Notes: generated from the letters alone by a model not told the origin. A stretch of DNA of 64,000 nt from an uncultured Candidatus Berkelbacteria bacterium (GCA_903839975.1 CAIMEH010000013.1:15999-79998), one strand, 5' to 3'. Positions 10,745 to 22,305 are shown, counted from the stretch's first letter. Translations and numbers: made by a program.

Positions 10745-11083
10745 ATGCATGTAAAACCATTAGCTGATCGAGTTGTGGTCAAAGTCGAAAGCGCGCAGCA
10801 GAAGTTAAAATCTGGCATTATCATTCCTGATACTGCCAAAGAAAAACCACAAGAGGGTGAAGTTATTGCTGTTGGCCCGGGCCGCTTAGACAAAGACGGC
10901 AAGCGCATTGCCGTTGAACTGAAAAAGGGCGATAAAGTTATGTTCGAGAACTGGGGCGGTAAAGATTTTAAATCCGATGGCGCCGATTACAAAATACTAC
11001 GTGAAGACGACATCTTGGGAATCGTCGAAGATGGTACCACGGAGATACTCAAGAAAATGGCTAAAAATATTGGGAGCAAATAA
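10745..11083 (+). CDS. groES: co-chaperonin GroES
   Basis: Cpn10 fold sequence (KPLADRVVVK...IIPDTAKEKPQEGEVIAVGPG); directly precedes groEL. Confidence 0.95.
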   Translation: MHVKPLADRVVVKVESAQQKLKSGIIIPDTAKEKPQEGEVIAVGPGRLDKDGKRIAVELKKGDKVMFENWGGKDFKSDGADYKILREDDILGIVEDGTTEILKKMAKNIGSK

Positions 11084-12709
<1,626 letters not shown>

Positions 12710-12734
12710 TCAAATAGAGTATCGGTTTGTGAAA

Positions 12735-12760
12735 AAGGCTCGCCAGAGCCTTTTTTATTT
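12735..12760 (+). terminator. rho-independent terminator after groEL
   Basis: aaggctc-gcca-gagcctt followed by ttttttattt. Confidence 0.7.
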
Positions 12761-12848
12761 ACCCGCGGTGCCTTCATAACATCTCTTACCTCTGATATAC
12801 TGCTTTCAGCACATCGTCCAAGAAATTGGACAAACATATAGGTGGAAT

Positions 12849-13634
12849 ATGAACAACGAACAACTCTTATTGAAAGCGCTCGACATAGTTACTGAAGCGA
12901 CCAACAAGCTTCGACCTTTCTACGGAAACGTGAAGGGTGAGAGAAAAGAACACGCTACGGATTGCGATATGGTTACGGAACTCGATAGGCAAACTGAGCA
13001 GATACTATTTGACGAGCTAACTAAGCTCGATCATGGTATCGGCTTTCGTGGCGAGGAATTTGGCCAGGTCAAAGAAGGTGACCGGTATTGGTCGGCCGAC
13101 CCGATTGACGGTACGGACCCATTTATTAGAGGGTTACCATTTTGCTCAGTTCAATTAGCGCTAATCGAAGAAGGAAAACCAGTTCTCTCGATTATTGACT
13201 GTATCGCTCAATTCCAAACGTTCTACGCCCTAAAGGGCAGTGGCTCTTGGCTTGGCGGCGAACCGATACACGTTAGCGAGCGTTCGCTCGAGAATGGGGC
13301 GATGATCTTTGAGGCAAACCTGCGCAGTAACCCCGAGCATATTGAGCTTCGTCTCAAACTAAGACAGCGAATCTGCTTGATGCAGTTTTGCGCCAGCGGT
13401 TACGAGTTGGCAATGGTGGCGAGCGGGGCGCTAGAGGCCAAGGTCTCGGTTAACGGTTACGGCAAAAGCTGGGATTATGCACCTGGTGCGCTCTTAATCC
13501 AAGAGGCAGGTGGTACGGTCGCAAACATTGGAAAGACCAGTTACGACGTTCAGAACTGCGAGGTGATAATGGCTAATCCCATTGTCTATAAACAACTGAT
13601 AACTGACCAGGACTTACCGTTCGGTGTCAGTTGA
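12849..13634 (+). CDS. inositol monophosphatase family protein
   Basis: WSADPIDGT motif (DPIDGT) and FIG-like architecture; 261 aa. Confidence 0.8.
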   Translation: MNNEQLLLKALDIVTEATNKLRPFYGNVKGERKEHATDCDMVTELDRQTEQILFDELTKLDHGIGFRGEEFGQVKEGDRYWSADPIDGTDPFIRGLPFCSVQLALIEEGKPVLSIIDCIAQFQTFYALKGSGSWLGGEPIHVSERSLENGAMIFEANLRSNPEHIELRLKLRQRICLMQFCASGYELAMVASGALEAKVSVNGYGKSWDYAPGALLIQEAGGTVANIGKTSYDVQNCEVIMANPIVYKQLITDQDLPFGVS

Positions 13635-13698
13635 CACACAGGCGCTTCGGCGCCTTTTTCTTTTCGCAAAAAAGCGGAGTAGGCTGGATGTGAGGTGA

Positions 13699-14079
13699 TT
13701 GCACATGTCAGTTGCGGAAAAACTACAAACTGTCGATGAGATGGTGGCCGCAGTTGATATCTGCTGCGCCTACCTTTCTCCCGAAGGAATATTTCTTCAT
13801 CGAACAGGGTTGAAGCAGTTAATCGAGCCGATGTATTGGCTCAATGGGCCAGAAGGCCATTGGCTCGGCTTTGAATGCCAGCGTTCGATGTGGTGGTTCA
13901 AGGCAGCTTTCGGCTATCCGCCGATCTGCTACCAGAAGAAGTTGAATCGTCCGCTTGAGGATGTTTCGTTTTGGAACCCGTTTATCGGGCTCTTCGACCT
14001 GTCTAATCCGGAGGGAATAAATGCTCTTGAGGCATTTGCCAAGAAGTGTGATGTTCCTTTCAAGCTTGTTTACATATAA
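13699..14079 (+). CDS. hypothetical protein (126 aa)
   Basis: ORF with no recognisable family. Confidence 0.4.
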   Translation: MHMSVAEKLQTVDEMVAAVDICCAYLSPEGIFLHRTGLKQLIEPMYWLNGPEGHWLGFECQRSMWWFKAAFGYPPICYQKKLNRPLEDVSFWNPFIGLFDLSNPEGINALEAFAKKCDVPFKLVYI

Positions 14080-14156
14080 CCGTCACGGCTTCTCCGCGGC
14101 GGTTTTCTTTACTGGATAAGTCGAAGGCCTTCCGTGTGAACGGAAGGCCAGGGTCT

Positions 14157-14453
14157 TCAGGCAACTGCTTTTCTGCGGCTATACGTTTGAATCAATTCTC
14201 CGTAAGCCATCGGATTTCTTCTAAGAGATCGAACAACTGCCTCAATTGTCTTCTTGTCGATGACCCAAACGGCCACCGGCACTACGGATACGGGGTAGAG
14301 TAACCGGCGGTCATTCCTACATACTTCACAAACTTCCGTGTCGTTGCAACTAAGATTATGATTCTTAATCGGCAAGAAATATTGTACTGCGTGACCGCAC
14401 AACGTCACAAAACCTCCGGAGCCGTCTGGAATTATCGCATGGATTTTTTCCAC
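14157..14453 (-). CDS. hypothetical Cys-rich small protein (possible zinc ribbon)
   Basis: CGH...C..C..C spacing. Weak call. Confidence 0.35.
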   Translation of the reverse strand: MEKIHAIIPDGSGGFVTLCGHAVQYFLPIKNHNLSCNDTEVCEVCRNDRRLLYPVSVVPVAVWVIDKKTIEAVVRSLRRNPMAYGELIQTYSRRKAVA

Positions 14454-14536
14454 AATCTTCTCCTTGTTTTGCTCAAGTTGAGCGTACGCAAATTATATGC
14501 CAATACGGGCAAGTGGGTCAATACGCTATAAGGCTG

Positions 14537-14911
14537 TTAGCGAATCTGGGCGCCGAGGCCAACGTCTTTTTCTGGGTCGGGGTGCAGAGCCACTGGCTGC
14601 TCATCATATTCGGCCGACAAAATCTCGCCGCTTTGCGGCTTGAGTTTTCGTGCTACCGCACTCAAAATCATCCCTTGGCTCTCAATGCCACGAATTACTC
14701 GTGGCTCTAAATTCATTAAAACCGGCATGAGCGTTCCAACCAAAACCGATGGATCGGGATACGAAATAGCCCAGCCGCCGATAATTGTTCGTTTTTCGCT
14801 ACCGAAATCGAACTCAAATTTCAGCAACCGGTCGGTACCTTCAACTTTTTCCACCGACAAAACCTTGCCGATCTTAATCTCTAATTTCGAGAATTCGTCG
14901 TACGTGACCAT
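14537..14911 (-). CDS. tRNA-binding domain protein (CsaA/EMAP/MetRS-C-terminal-like)
   Basis: LEIKIGKVLSVEKVEGTDRLLKFEFDFG matches the OB-fold tRNA-binding domain signature. Confidence 0.7.
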   Translation of the reverse strand: MVTYDEFSKLEIKIGKVLSVEKVEGTDRLLKFEFDFGSEKRTIIGGWAISYPDPSVLVGTLMPVLMNLEPRVIRGIESQGMILSAVARKLKPQSGEILSAEYDEQPVALHPDPEKDVGLGAQIR

Positions 14912-15427
14912 TTAAGCAGTTGGTTCGATTATGGGGATTTCAATGGCCAGTTTGTCGAATATTGGCTGGTCCACAACATCCTGAAAAACAACCGCGTTCG
15001 GGGTGATACTTACCAGAAAATGTCGGGGAATAATTCGTTCGTGAAACAAACTTCGAATAACGAAACGAACAATCAAGCCGGTATCGGCGTCGATTAAAAC
15101 ATCGCTAATGCGGCCGATGCGCTTACCGGACTCGGTAGTGGCGGTTACGTTAATTACCCGGCCGTAGTGGTGGTAGATATTGTCCAGATCTTTTAAGTTA
15201 GTTTTTAGGGCGGATTTATCGTGAATTACAATGGCGCGGCGATTTGAGCTGGCAATGTCTCGCCACTCCAGGCCAAAGAATTTTTTCACTACTCCGCTTT
15301 TTGCGACTTGCAGCCCGACTGCTTGGCCGATCTTGCCGTCGTACACCAGGAAATCAATAACGCCATATTCGGTACCGGAGCTATCAACAACCGGCAGCCC
15401 CTTACAATGGGTCGCTTCTATGATCAT
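14912..15427 (-). CDS. PRC-barrel domain protein (tandem PRC barrels); start placed at the internal Met (MIIEATHCKGLPVV)
   Basis: Two ~80-aa PRC-barrel-like repeats with G-x-V-x-D patterns. The 31-aa N-terminal extension in the track ORF looks spurious. Confidence 0.5.
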   Translation of the reverse strand: MIIEATHCKGLPVVDSSGTEYGVIDFLVYDGKIGQAVGLQVAKSGVVKKFFGLEWRDIASSNRRAIVIHDKSALKTNLKDLDNIYHHYGRVINVTATTESGKRIGRISDVLIDADTGLIVRFVIRSLFHERIIPRHFLVSITPNAVVFQDVVDQPIFDKLAIEIPIIEPTA

Positions 15428-15654
15428 GCTATTACAGTACCAAATTCCCCTAGTTATCTCTACGTTAGAGTCTACTAACAATCCTTTCAGATAGCTGCAA
15501 ACTGTAAATTTTGGCTGCAAAACTCGAGTTGCTCGTCAAGGTAGGCCAGCTATCCCTCCTCGCAAACTCGAATTTTTCGCACAAAATTTCCTTGTTTTCG
15601 CATCAAGAAAAGATTATTACTAGGCTCTTAAAAATGCTATGGTAGTCTGGAGGG

Positions 15655-17571
15655 ATGAATTTTAATCTTAAAAAAATTCGGAAGTACATCAAACTAAATG
15701 CCGCTGCGACGATTGTTAGCGCGGTTATCTTGCTAGTAGTCGGAACTTTCCTGATTTGGGTTGTTGGAAGTTATCTAGCTGGTTTGAATTCTAGTACCGG
15801 CCCTGGCGTAACAGCATCATTAAGTGCTTCCGATCATGACTCTAGCTGTAAGCCATTGGATACTGCTGCGGCCAATCCATCCTATCCTGACTGCCCTTCA
15901 CCGACTCAACTAACGTTAAATGGTACCAATATTACAATCCCACGGTTTCAAGGTGGGTTGAGCTATCTTGGCGGTAGTGGTGGTGGAACAACATCAGATC
16001 TACTTACTAAAAATTTGGTCTGGGCCTGGAATATTCCAACTTTCGATTATCACAACACCAGTACTCAGTGGGGATCAACCTTCCCGCTTGATATTGATGC
16101 CCAGAACGACATTACCAATGCCAAGAAAGCAGGTGTCGATGGTTTTGTAATCGATACGCTACCGGATATGAACAATATGCTTAAAGCCGTTAACTCTACT
16201 ACCGACGCAGCCGGCTTCTATGTTGCTCCGTCAATTAACTTTGGGGCGTCAACCAACCCTTATTATTCACCTTCTGCGACGCCAGACTATAACAAAACGC
16301 AAAGTGGCTACATTGCTTACGGAAACCAATACTGCAGTGCTGCTGCCGGTCACTCATCGGCCGCCAAAGTTGGTGATAAGCTAGTTGTTTTTGCCTACAG
16401 TGATCCTGCCGACAGAACTAACGCAGCCGCCTACTCGGCTGCCTGGACATCAATTAAGGCTGGAATCAGCTGCCCAATTTACTGGGTCGGAAAGCTAAAT
16501 GCTGGCAGAACCGTTGACTTAACTCAAACTGCTGCACAGATAAATACCAGCGTCTCTCAGGTAATTCCGTACGTTGATGCTGGTTATAATTTCGAGAATA
16601 CAAGTGTTGCCTACTGGTCAACAATTATCAGCGATATGGGCGGCAAGCCGTTTTTTGGTGGCTCGATGCCAGGGTATTATCGCAGCTCCGGAAATGGCAT
16701 CGACGAGCTCACTGACTCGGCTGGAATCCAGAACTACATCAGCTCTTGGAATGCGATTATTGCCAACAAGGCTAATGGCCCATGGACGATTATCTCTTCC
16801 TGGAACGATTTTACCGAGCACACTAATATCGATCCAGACTCAGATCTTGGAACCCTGAGAAGTGATTTTACGGCTTGGTACTCGGCTAAATTCAAAGGGG
16901 TAGCTACGTCATTTGCCACACCACAGCTTTATGCAATTACACCACAGGCGCTTTATCTTGGACAAAGTAGTTTTACTTATGCCCAAGTAATTAACCCAAC
17001 GAGTAGTCCAGTAGTCATACACCTCTCTTATATTGATAGAAACGGAAAAATTATTGGCGGTGGCTCAAGTGGCACGATACCTGCTAACAGTGTCGGAGGA
17101 ATTGCTAGATCGATGAATTATGCATCCTCTCCTTCGGGTAACTACGTTAGAACAAGAGTATCGATGGACGCGCCGTACACATTGTCAGTCACGGGTGCTC
17201 CAACGCTTGTCTATCCAGCTAGTAAGCCAGCTGGCTATAACACAGCTGCGTTGTATTATTCTGTTGGCGCTGCCCACGCCTTGTCTGGTTCGCCAACGGC
17301 GGTTGTTGTCGGTACCACAGCCACTCCAACCAAGGCTAGCGGCACGACGGTACGTTTCTTAAGTACTCTTCACGACCAGAACCTACTAGGCTTATTAAGC
17401 AAGAGCGCTAACTCGCCGTACTCTGTTTCTCCACTTGCGATTGGCGCTGGTTCACAGACAAACAATAACGGCTACGAAATTACTAATAGTCTTAATTTTC
17501 ACCTTTATGTTGCCAGGGAAATTGATAGCAATAATAATATTGGTTATAGTACCCCAATAATTGGTCCGTAA
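15655..17571 (+). CDS. large secreted/membrane-anchored hypothetical protein (638 aa), possibly glycoside-hydrolase-like
   Basis: N-terminal TM/signal anchor; Ser/Thr/Asn-rich. No confident family. Confidence 0.5.
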   Translation: MNFNLKKIRKYIKLNAAATIVSAVILLVVGTFLIWVVGSYLAGLNSSTGPGVTASLSASDHDSSCKPLDTAAANPSYPDCPSPTQLTLNGTNITIPRFQGGLSYLGGSGGGTTSDLLTKNLVWAWNIPTFDYHNTSTQWGSTFPLDIDAQNDITNAKKAGVDGFVIDTLPDMNNMLKAVNSTTDAAGFYVAPSINFGASTNPYYSPSATPDYNKTQSGYIAYGNQYCSAAAGHSSAAKVGDKLVVFAYSDPADRTNAAAYSAAWTSIKAGISCPIYWVGKLNAGRTVDLTQTAAQINTSVSQVIPYVDAGYNFENTSVAYWSTIISDMGGKPFFGGSMPGYYRSSGNGIDELTDSAGIQNYISSWNAIIANKANGPWTIISSWNDFTEHTNIDPDSDLGTLRSDFTAWYSAKFKGVATSFATPQLYAITPQALYLGQSSFTYAQVINPTSSPVVIHLSYIDRNGKIIGGGSSGTIPANSVGGIARSMNYASSPSGNYVRTRVSMDAPYTLSVTGAPTLVYPASKPAGYNTAALYYSVGAAHALSGSPTAVVVGTTATPTKASGTTVRFLSTLHDQNLLGLLSKSANSPYSVSPLAIGAGSQTNNNGYEITNSLNFHLYVAREIDSNNNIGYSTPIIGP

Positions 17572-17574
17572 AAT

Positions 17575-18132
17575 TTAGTGCGAGACGCGGGAAGTGTATT
17601 CGGCGGTATCTGTATTAATCTGAATAACGTCGCCTTCTTTAATGAACAGTGGCACGTTTATCTCGGCGCCGGTTTCTAACTTGGCTGGTTTTAGAACTGA
17701 ACTAGCTGTATTGCCTTTAAAGCCTGGTTCGGTGTAAACAACCTTTAACTCAACTTTTTTCGGTAGGTTAACGTCTATTGGTTGGTCTTTCCACATCATA
17801 AGGTCGACGTTCTCGCCTTCTTTGAGGAAACGAACTCGGTTTTCCGGTAATTTTAGGGAAACTGTCTCGAAAGTGTCGTTGGTCATAAAGTAAGCTTCGC
17901 CCGCTTCAAGATACAGATACTGAGTTTGTTTGTAGCTGATGTCAGCCTCATCGAGGCGTTCGTTGCCGGCAAAAGTGTAGTCGTAAACCGAACCATCAAG
18001 CAGATTGCGCAATTTGGTCACCAATTTGGCGCCGCCACGACCCATCTTCAGATGATCGGCAGCAACAACGACGTGAGGTGATTCACGGAAGATTATTTTA
18101 TCACCTGGTCTGACTTCTCCTAGGTTCAGCAT
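17575..18132 (-). CDS. efp: elongation factor P
   Basis: 185 aa; GRGGAKLVTKLRNL and three OB-like domains typical of EF-P. Confidence 0.9.
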   Translation of the reverse strand: MLNLGEVRPGDKIIFRESPHVVVAADHLKMGRGGAKLVTKLRNLLDGSVYDYTFAGNERLDEADISYKQTQYLYLEAGEAYFMTNDTFETVSLKLPENRVRFLKEGENVDLMMWKDQPIDVNLPKKVELKVVYTEPGFKGNTASSVLKPAKLETGAEINVPLFIKEGDVIQINTDTAEYTSRVSH

Positions 18133-18235
18133 TGTTTGTTCGAATATATTATATTATCCGATAAAATACTTACATCGATTAAATTCGAGCAAGTAATCTT
18201 GTCGCCGGGGCGAACTTCACCTAAATTTAACATTC

Positions 18236-18448
18236 TTAACCTCTTTTAGCGTAAGGCAGCAAACCTAGGAATCTTGCGCGTTTAATAGCAACGCCGAGCT
18301 GACGCTGGTACTTGGTTGAAGTATTGGTGTCTTTGGCGCTCTTAATCTTGCCCCAGCTGGTCAAATAGCGACCCAAAAGAGCGGTATCGCGGTAGTCGAT
18401 TTCTTTGATCTGGTTTTTCGTAAAGTAACAGTCAACTTTTCTTTTCAT
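18236..18448 (-). CDS. rpsR: 30S ribosomal protein S18
   Basis: 70 aa, basic, S18 consensus (RFLGLLPY), lying in an rpsF-ssb-rpsR arrangement. Confidence 0.9.
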   Translation of the reverse strand: MKRKVDCYFTKNQIKEIDYRDTALLGRYLTSWGKIKSAKDTNTSTKYQRQLGVAIKRARFLGLLPYAKRG

Positions 18449-18450
18449 GT

Positions 18451-18918
18451 TTAGAATGGAATGTCGTCTAGGTTAATCTCGTCGGTGGTTGTTTCGGTCT
18501 CCGACTTCTTGGTTTCTTTTTTGCTTGGTTTCTCGTGATCAGCTCCTTCGGTGATGGCAGAGGCAACGTCAAACGAGTTGGCGCCGTCTTTTGGTGCTAG
18601 GGCGATAAAGTTATCAGCTACGATCTCGGTTCGCTGACGCTTAGCGCCATCGGTACCTTCCCAGCTACGAGTCTGCAAACGGCCTTCGATGTAAACTTTT
18701 TTACCCTTTGAAAGCGAGCTAGCAGCCCATTCGCCTGGTTTGCCCCAGATACTAATCTCGTGATACTCGGTTGAATCCTGAGTATTGCCGTCTTTGTCTT
18801 TCCAACGGCGGTTAGTAGCTACGGCAAACGAACAAACGGTCTGACCACTTGGTAAGCTGCGAATCTCTGGATCGCGGGTCAAGTTACCAATAATTTCGGC
18901 GCGGTTTAAACTAAACAT
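18451..18918 (-). CDS. ssb: single-stranded DNA-binding protein; start placed at the internal Met (MFSLNRAEIIGNLTRDP)
   Basis: OB-fold SSB N-terminus and an acidic C-terminal tail ending DDIPF. Confidence 0.9.
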   Translation of the reverse strand: MFSLNRAEIIGNLTRDPEIRSLPSGQTVCSFAVATNRRWKDKDGNTQDSTEYHEISIWGKPGEWAASSLSKGKKVYIEGRLQTRSWEGTDGAKRQRTEIVADNFIALAPKDGANSFDVASAITEGADHEKPSKKETKKSETETTTDEINLDDIPF

Positions 18919-19279
18919 TCTTCTCGTCCTTGTCGTACTTTTTGCGAGGTCGGTTCTGGCGCTGTTCCATGTCACCCTTCCAATCGGTTAAAAGGAAACG
19001 CAACACTTCTTCTTCGTGATGTAGGCCTTTTTCTATCTTGCCAACTTCAGATGGGTCGGTCGTAAAGAAAATAGAGATTAAAATTAGCTCGTGATGTTTT
19101 TTAACTGGGAAAGATAGAGTCTTTGGACCGAGGCTCTCAGATTTTTTAATTTTAACGTCGAATTTCTTAAGATACTCAACAATACCATCAAGCTCAGCTT
19201 CGTTCTTGATTAAAGCCGACAAAAGATACAGCTGCTCTGCCTTTGTTGGTGTTTCAGTAATTTCTTTTATCTCTGACAT
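18911..19279 (-). CDS. rpsF: 30S ribosomal protein S6 with basic C-terminal extension
   Basis: Lies upstream of ssb-rpsR in the conserved operon order; S6-like N-terminal region. Confidence 0.75.
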   Translation of the reverse strand: MSEIKEITETPTKAEQLYLLSALIKNEAELDGIVEYLKKFDVKIKKSESLGPKTLSFPVKKHHELILISIFFTTDPSEVGKIEKGLHHEEEVLRFLLTDWKGDMEQRQNRPRKKYDKDEKNV

Positions 19280-19322
19280 TCAAGGGATAGTATACCGTAC
19301 TTTGGCATATCCTTTCAAGGGG

Positions 19323-20231
19323 TTAATTACTAGCTTTGTCGTGGAATTTTTTGTGGACTTCCCGGAGGGATTTGTCGGTGATGTGGGTATAGACTTGGGT
19401 GGTAGCAATCGAGCTGTGGCCAAGTAAGGCCTGAACCGAACGAAGATCCGCACCGTTGCGTAAAAGGTCGGTAGCGAAGCTGTGACGCAGCTTGTGGGGG
19501 CTGATGGGCTTGGTGATACCAGCTGCGCGAGCATATTTATTAAGCATTCGCTGAATTGAACGTGCCGATAGGGGATTCTTCTTGTTATCTAGCTCGGGGT
19601 TGGTGAAGTGGCGGATAAATAAATACGGGTTCACGTCTTGGCGAACATCGATATAATCACCCAAATCCTCGATAGCTTCTTCTGTTAAGAAAACTGGCCG
19701 GACTTTACCGCCCTTGCCTTTAACCGAGAACTCGCCGGAGACAACGCTAACTTGGTTGCGTTTTAATTCTGTTAGCTCGCTGATACGCAAACCGGTGGAA
19801 TAAAGCATGCTATATATGGCTCGGTCACGCAGTCCTGACAGGTCACCGATTGGAATGGCGGTTCTAATCTGGGCAACTTCTTCCGGTTCCAGGAAGCTAA
19901 CTTGGCGGCCACGAGTTTTGCTCAGGGTAATTTTTTCTGGCGACATCACTTCGACGTCACGGTTGATTAAGTATTTCAGCAATGCACGGATAGCAATTAA
20001 ATAATAGTTTTGAGTCGATTTGCTTTTTCCCACCTCGTAAAGTTTTTCTATCTGAAAATCGACAATATCTTCGGCAGTTACTTGCTCAATATCAGTTATC
20101 TTTTTCTCTTCGGTCCAGTTCTCAAAAAGTGTCAGGTAGGTGGTGTAGTTGCGAACGGTGTTGGGCGAGTAGCCTTTAGAAACGACGCAGTACTTTAAGA
20201 ATTCTTTTATTGCTCTTTTTGTAGTCATTGT
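19323..20231 (-). CDS. tyrosine recombinase XerC/XerD family
   Basis: The C-terminal catalytic region has RHSFAT, LGHSSIATTQVYTH and the Tyr. Start placed at MTTKRAIKEF. Confidence 0.85.
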   Translation of the reverse strand, partial: TMTTKRAIKEFLKYCVVSKGYSPNTVRNYTTYLTLFENWTEEKKITDIEQVTAEDIVDFQIEKLYEVGKSKSTQNYYLIAIRALLKYLINRDVEVMSPEKITLSKTRGRQVSFLEPEEVAQIRTAIPIGDLSGLRDRAIYSMLYSTGLRISELTELKRNQVSVVSGEFSVKGKGGKVRPVFLTEEAIEDLGDYIDVRQDVNPYLFIRHFTNPELDNKKNPLSARSIQRMLNKYARAAGITKPISPHKLRHSFATDLLRNGADLRSVQALLGHSSIATTQVYTHITDKSLREVHKKFHDKASN

Positions 20232-20280
20232 TATATAACTCCGGTATACTTTAACACGAATTAAGATACTATTTTTTTGT

Positions 20281-20883
20281 ATGCCAAAAACCAATATAGA
20301 CTGGAAAAACGACCTAGCCGAGACAATCTCGGTGTTGGCGAACCCAGCACTAGTTATGCTCGGCGGGCTGGTGCTAATTATCTATCATTTTGCCCCTAGT
20401 ACCGACAAATTTTGGCACTGGTTGCTGATCAGTGGATTGCTTTTATTTATCCCCAGCTCACTTTACTTGGCCTATACCTGGAAAAAAGAAGACCAGATTG
20501 ATATCGATGTTTCAAAACGTCAGGACAGGTTTGTGCCGATGATGCTAATGACTTTAGGCGCGATTGTGGGGGGTTTTATGGTTCAGAGACGATTGGATAA
20601 TGAAACTATAACGGCTTTAAGTTTTACTCTTGCAGCTTTATTGATGGTTCTGACCATTACTACTTTTGTCTGGAAGATAAGTTTACACGCCGCTAGCCTG
20701 GCCACGACTGTTAGTTTGCTTGTGGCCTTCGGTGGTGCAAATTACGCTTGGCTGTATTTAGTGCTAATACCGGTAGTTTGGGCGCGCTTAACTTTAAATA
20801 AACATACGCCGGCACAGGTAACTGGCGGAACTTTGGTTGGAATAATTATCACCTTCTTGGGTGTAGGATTTTTCAAAGGATAA
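20281..20883 (+). CDS. hypothetical integral membrane protein (200 aa)
   Basis: Five to six predicted TM helices. Confidence 0.5.
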   Translation: MPKTNIDWKNDLAETISVLANPALVMLGGLVLIIYHFAPSTDKFWHWLLISGLLLFIPSSLYLAYTWKKEDQIDIDVSKRQDRFVPMMLMTLGAIVGGFMVQRRLDNETITALSFTLAALLMVLTITTFVWKISLHAASLATTVSLLVAFGGANYAWLYLVLIPVVWARLTLNKHTPAQVTGGTLVGIIITFLGVGFFKG

Positions 20884-20939
20884 GTGTGCGCTAAACGCAC
20901 TAAAGAACTGACGACACAAATTCTGCACGTCGATACTTC

Positions 20940-21005
20940 GACAGAATTAACTGTTTTTTGACCGGGCTCGTTACACTCCAAGTCTACAAAACAGTTAATT
21001 CTGTC
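20940..21005. repeat. 18-bp perfect inverted repeat (gacagaattaactgtttt / aaaacagttaattctgtc) with 30-nt spacer, flanked by the 10-bp direct repeat acgacacaaa, in a convergent intergenic region
   Basis: Read directly from the sequence. Additional nested hairpins lie at 20917-20948. Confidence 0.6.
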
Positions 21006-21026
21006 TTGTAATCTTTACGACACAAA

Positions 21027-22181
21027 CTATATCTCAATGTCTTGAACTACTGGGGCGGCTGGCTTTGGCGCGTCGGCCGGAGCAACTGGTGTTGAAGTCG
21101 GTATCTTTGGTGCTGGTTCGGCTAATGGCTCAACTTTTTTTATAGAATCCATTGGTTCACCTGGCTCAGTGACAGTCTTTGGTGGTTCATCAAAAGGAAT
21201 GGTGATGTGATTTTCTGGTGGTGGTGGCAAATCTACCTTTTTTTCTGCCATTGGTGCTGGCGGAGGTGGTGGTGGCAACGGAACATCAACTTTTGGTACT
21301 ACTGGCGTAGGCGAAGAAGTAACAGGTGGTGGTGGAGGTGGCAAAATCGGTTTTGGTGCGGAATCAAAAGCCGGTGGGGCTGGTGGCGGCGGAGGTGCTG
21401 GAGTAAAACTTGGAGCTGGTGGGGTTGAAGGCGAAGAGATGGGGAACATTGGCTTAGCAATTGGAGCAGGTGGCACTGGCAACGGTGGAGCAACTGGCAA
21501 CGGTGGTGGGGTTGGTCGTGGTGGCGTAACCGGCGGCATTGGCAACGGTGGCGTTGGTGTAACTGGCGCAGCTACTGGTGGTGGCGTTGGGTTCGTGAAC
21601 TGAGTTGATGGAGTGCTATTAATTGCTAGCGGCTCGGATTTTGGTGGCATGATTGGCCATGGATTAACTGTCCGTGGCGCTGCCGATGGTGGCGGTGTCG
21701 TGTTAGACGGCGCGCTCATCCACGAAGGATCTACCATTGGTTTTACAAACGGTGCTGGATTAGTCGGGGCAGATACAGGTTTAGGTGTAAAAGTTGGCTG
21801 AGTTGGTGCTACTGGTTTTGTTGGAAATGGCACAACTGGCGGCGAAAAAGGCTTGGCGTCAAAAGATGGTAGATCAATCTTTGGCGTTGGCACAGACGTT
21901 TTTGGCACGCTAAAACTTTCAACTTTTGGCAAGTCTACGTAATGAATTTCGGATTTTTCCTCTTTTTTCGTTTCGTGAATTTGTGGGGTTGTGGAGCTGG
22001 TTGGTTTCTCGCCCATAATCTCGGCGAGGTAATTTATATTAATAAGTGCGATAGCTGGCTTGCCGCCCTTGGTTAGGACGTACATACCATCTTTCTGGTT
22101 CTCGATGTCGGCAACTATACGGCTAAAATTATCACGGGCGTCCGTGAGTGGCACGATTCTGTCTATCGGAACATTAATCAT
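21027..22181 (-). CDS. Phd/YefM-like N-terminal domain fused to ~330-aa proline-rich low-complexity tail
   Basis: N-terminus MINVPIDRIVPLTDARDNFSRIVADIENQ...KPAIALININYLAEIM is antitoxin YefM-like. It is followed by PPPPLP/PTPP repeats. Confidence 0.5.
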   Translation of the reverse strand: MINVPIDRIVPLTDARDNFSRIVADIENQKDGMYVLTKGGKPAIALININYLAEIMGEKPTSSTTPQIHETKKEEKSEIHYVDLPKVESFSVPKTSVPTPKIDLPSFDAKPFSPPVVPFPTKPVAPTQPTFTPKPVSAPTNPAPFVKPMVDPSWMSAPSNTTPPPSAAPRTVNPWPIMPPKSEPLAINSTPSTQFTNPTPPPVAAPVTPTPPLPMPPVTPPRPTPPPLPVAPPLPVPPAPIAKPMFPISSPSTPPAPSFTPAPPPPPAPPAFDSAPKPILPPPPPPVTSSPTPVVPKVDVPLPPPPPPAPMAEKKVDLPPPPENHITIPFDEPPKTVTEPGEPMDSIKKVEPLAEPAPKIPTSTPVAPADAPKPAAPVVQDIEI

Positions 22182-22305
22182 TAATATCTTCTCCCCTCTA
22201 TAAAATAGACTAAAGAGTGTGGGTGGTACTGTCAATGTTTACTAAAAATAGCGCCATTTGGCAGATATTTGTCGCCCTTGCTCGTGGCCGTCATTAGGTT
22301 AGAAT

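Noticed and set aside
19323-20231. Tyrosine recombinase as the marker of an integrated mobile element
   Set aside because: It sits next to the rpsF-ssb-rpsR operon with no flanking direct repeats, no adjacent tRNA, and a XerC/D-like motif set. It is more likely the chromosomal dimer-resolution recombinase. No dif-like site was identified by eye.
21207-21493. Trp/Arg-rich and His/Leu/Gln-rich ORFs antisense to the proline-rich gene
   Set aside because: They are translation artefacts of the (CCN)n low-complexity coding region on the opposite strand.
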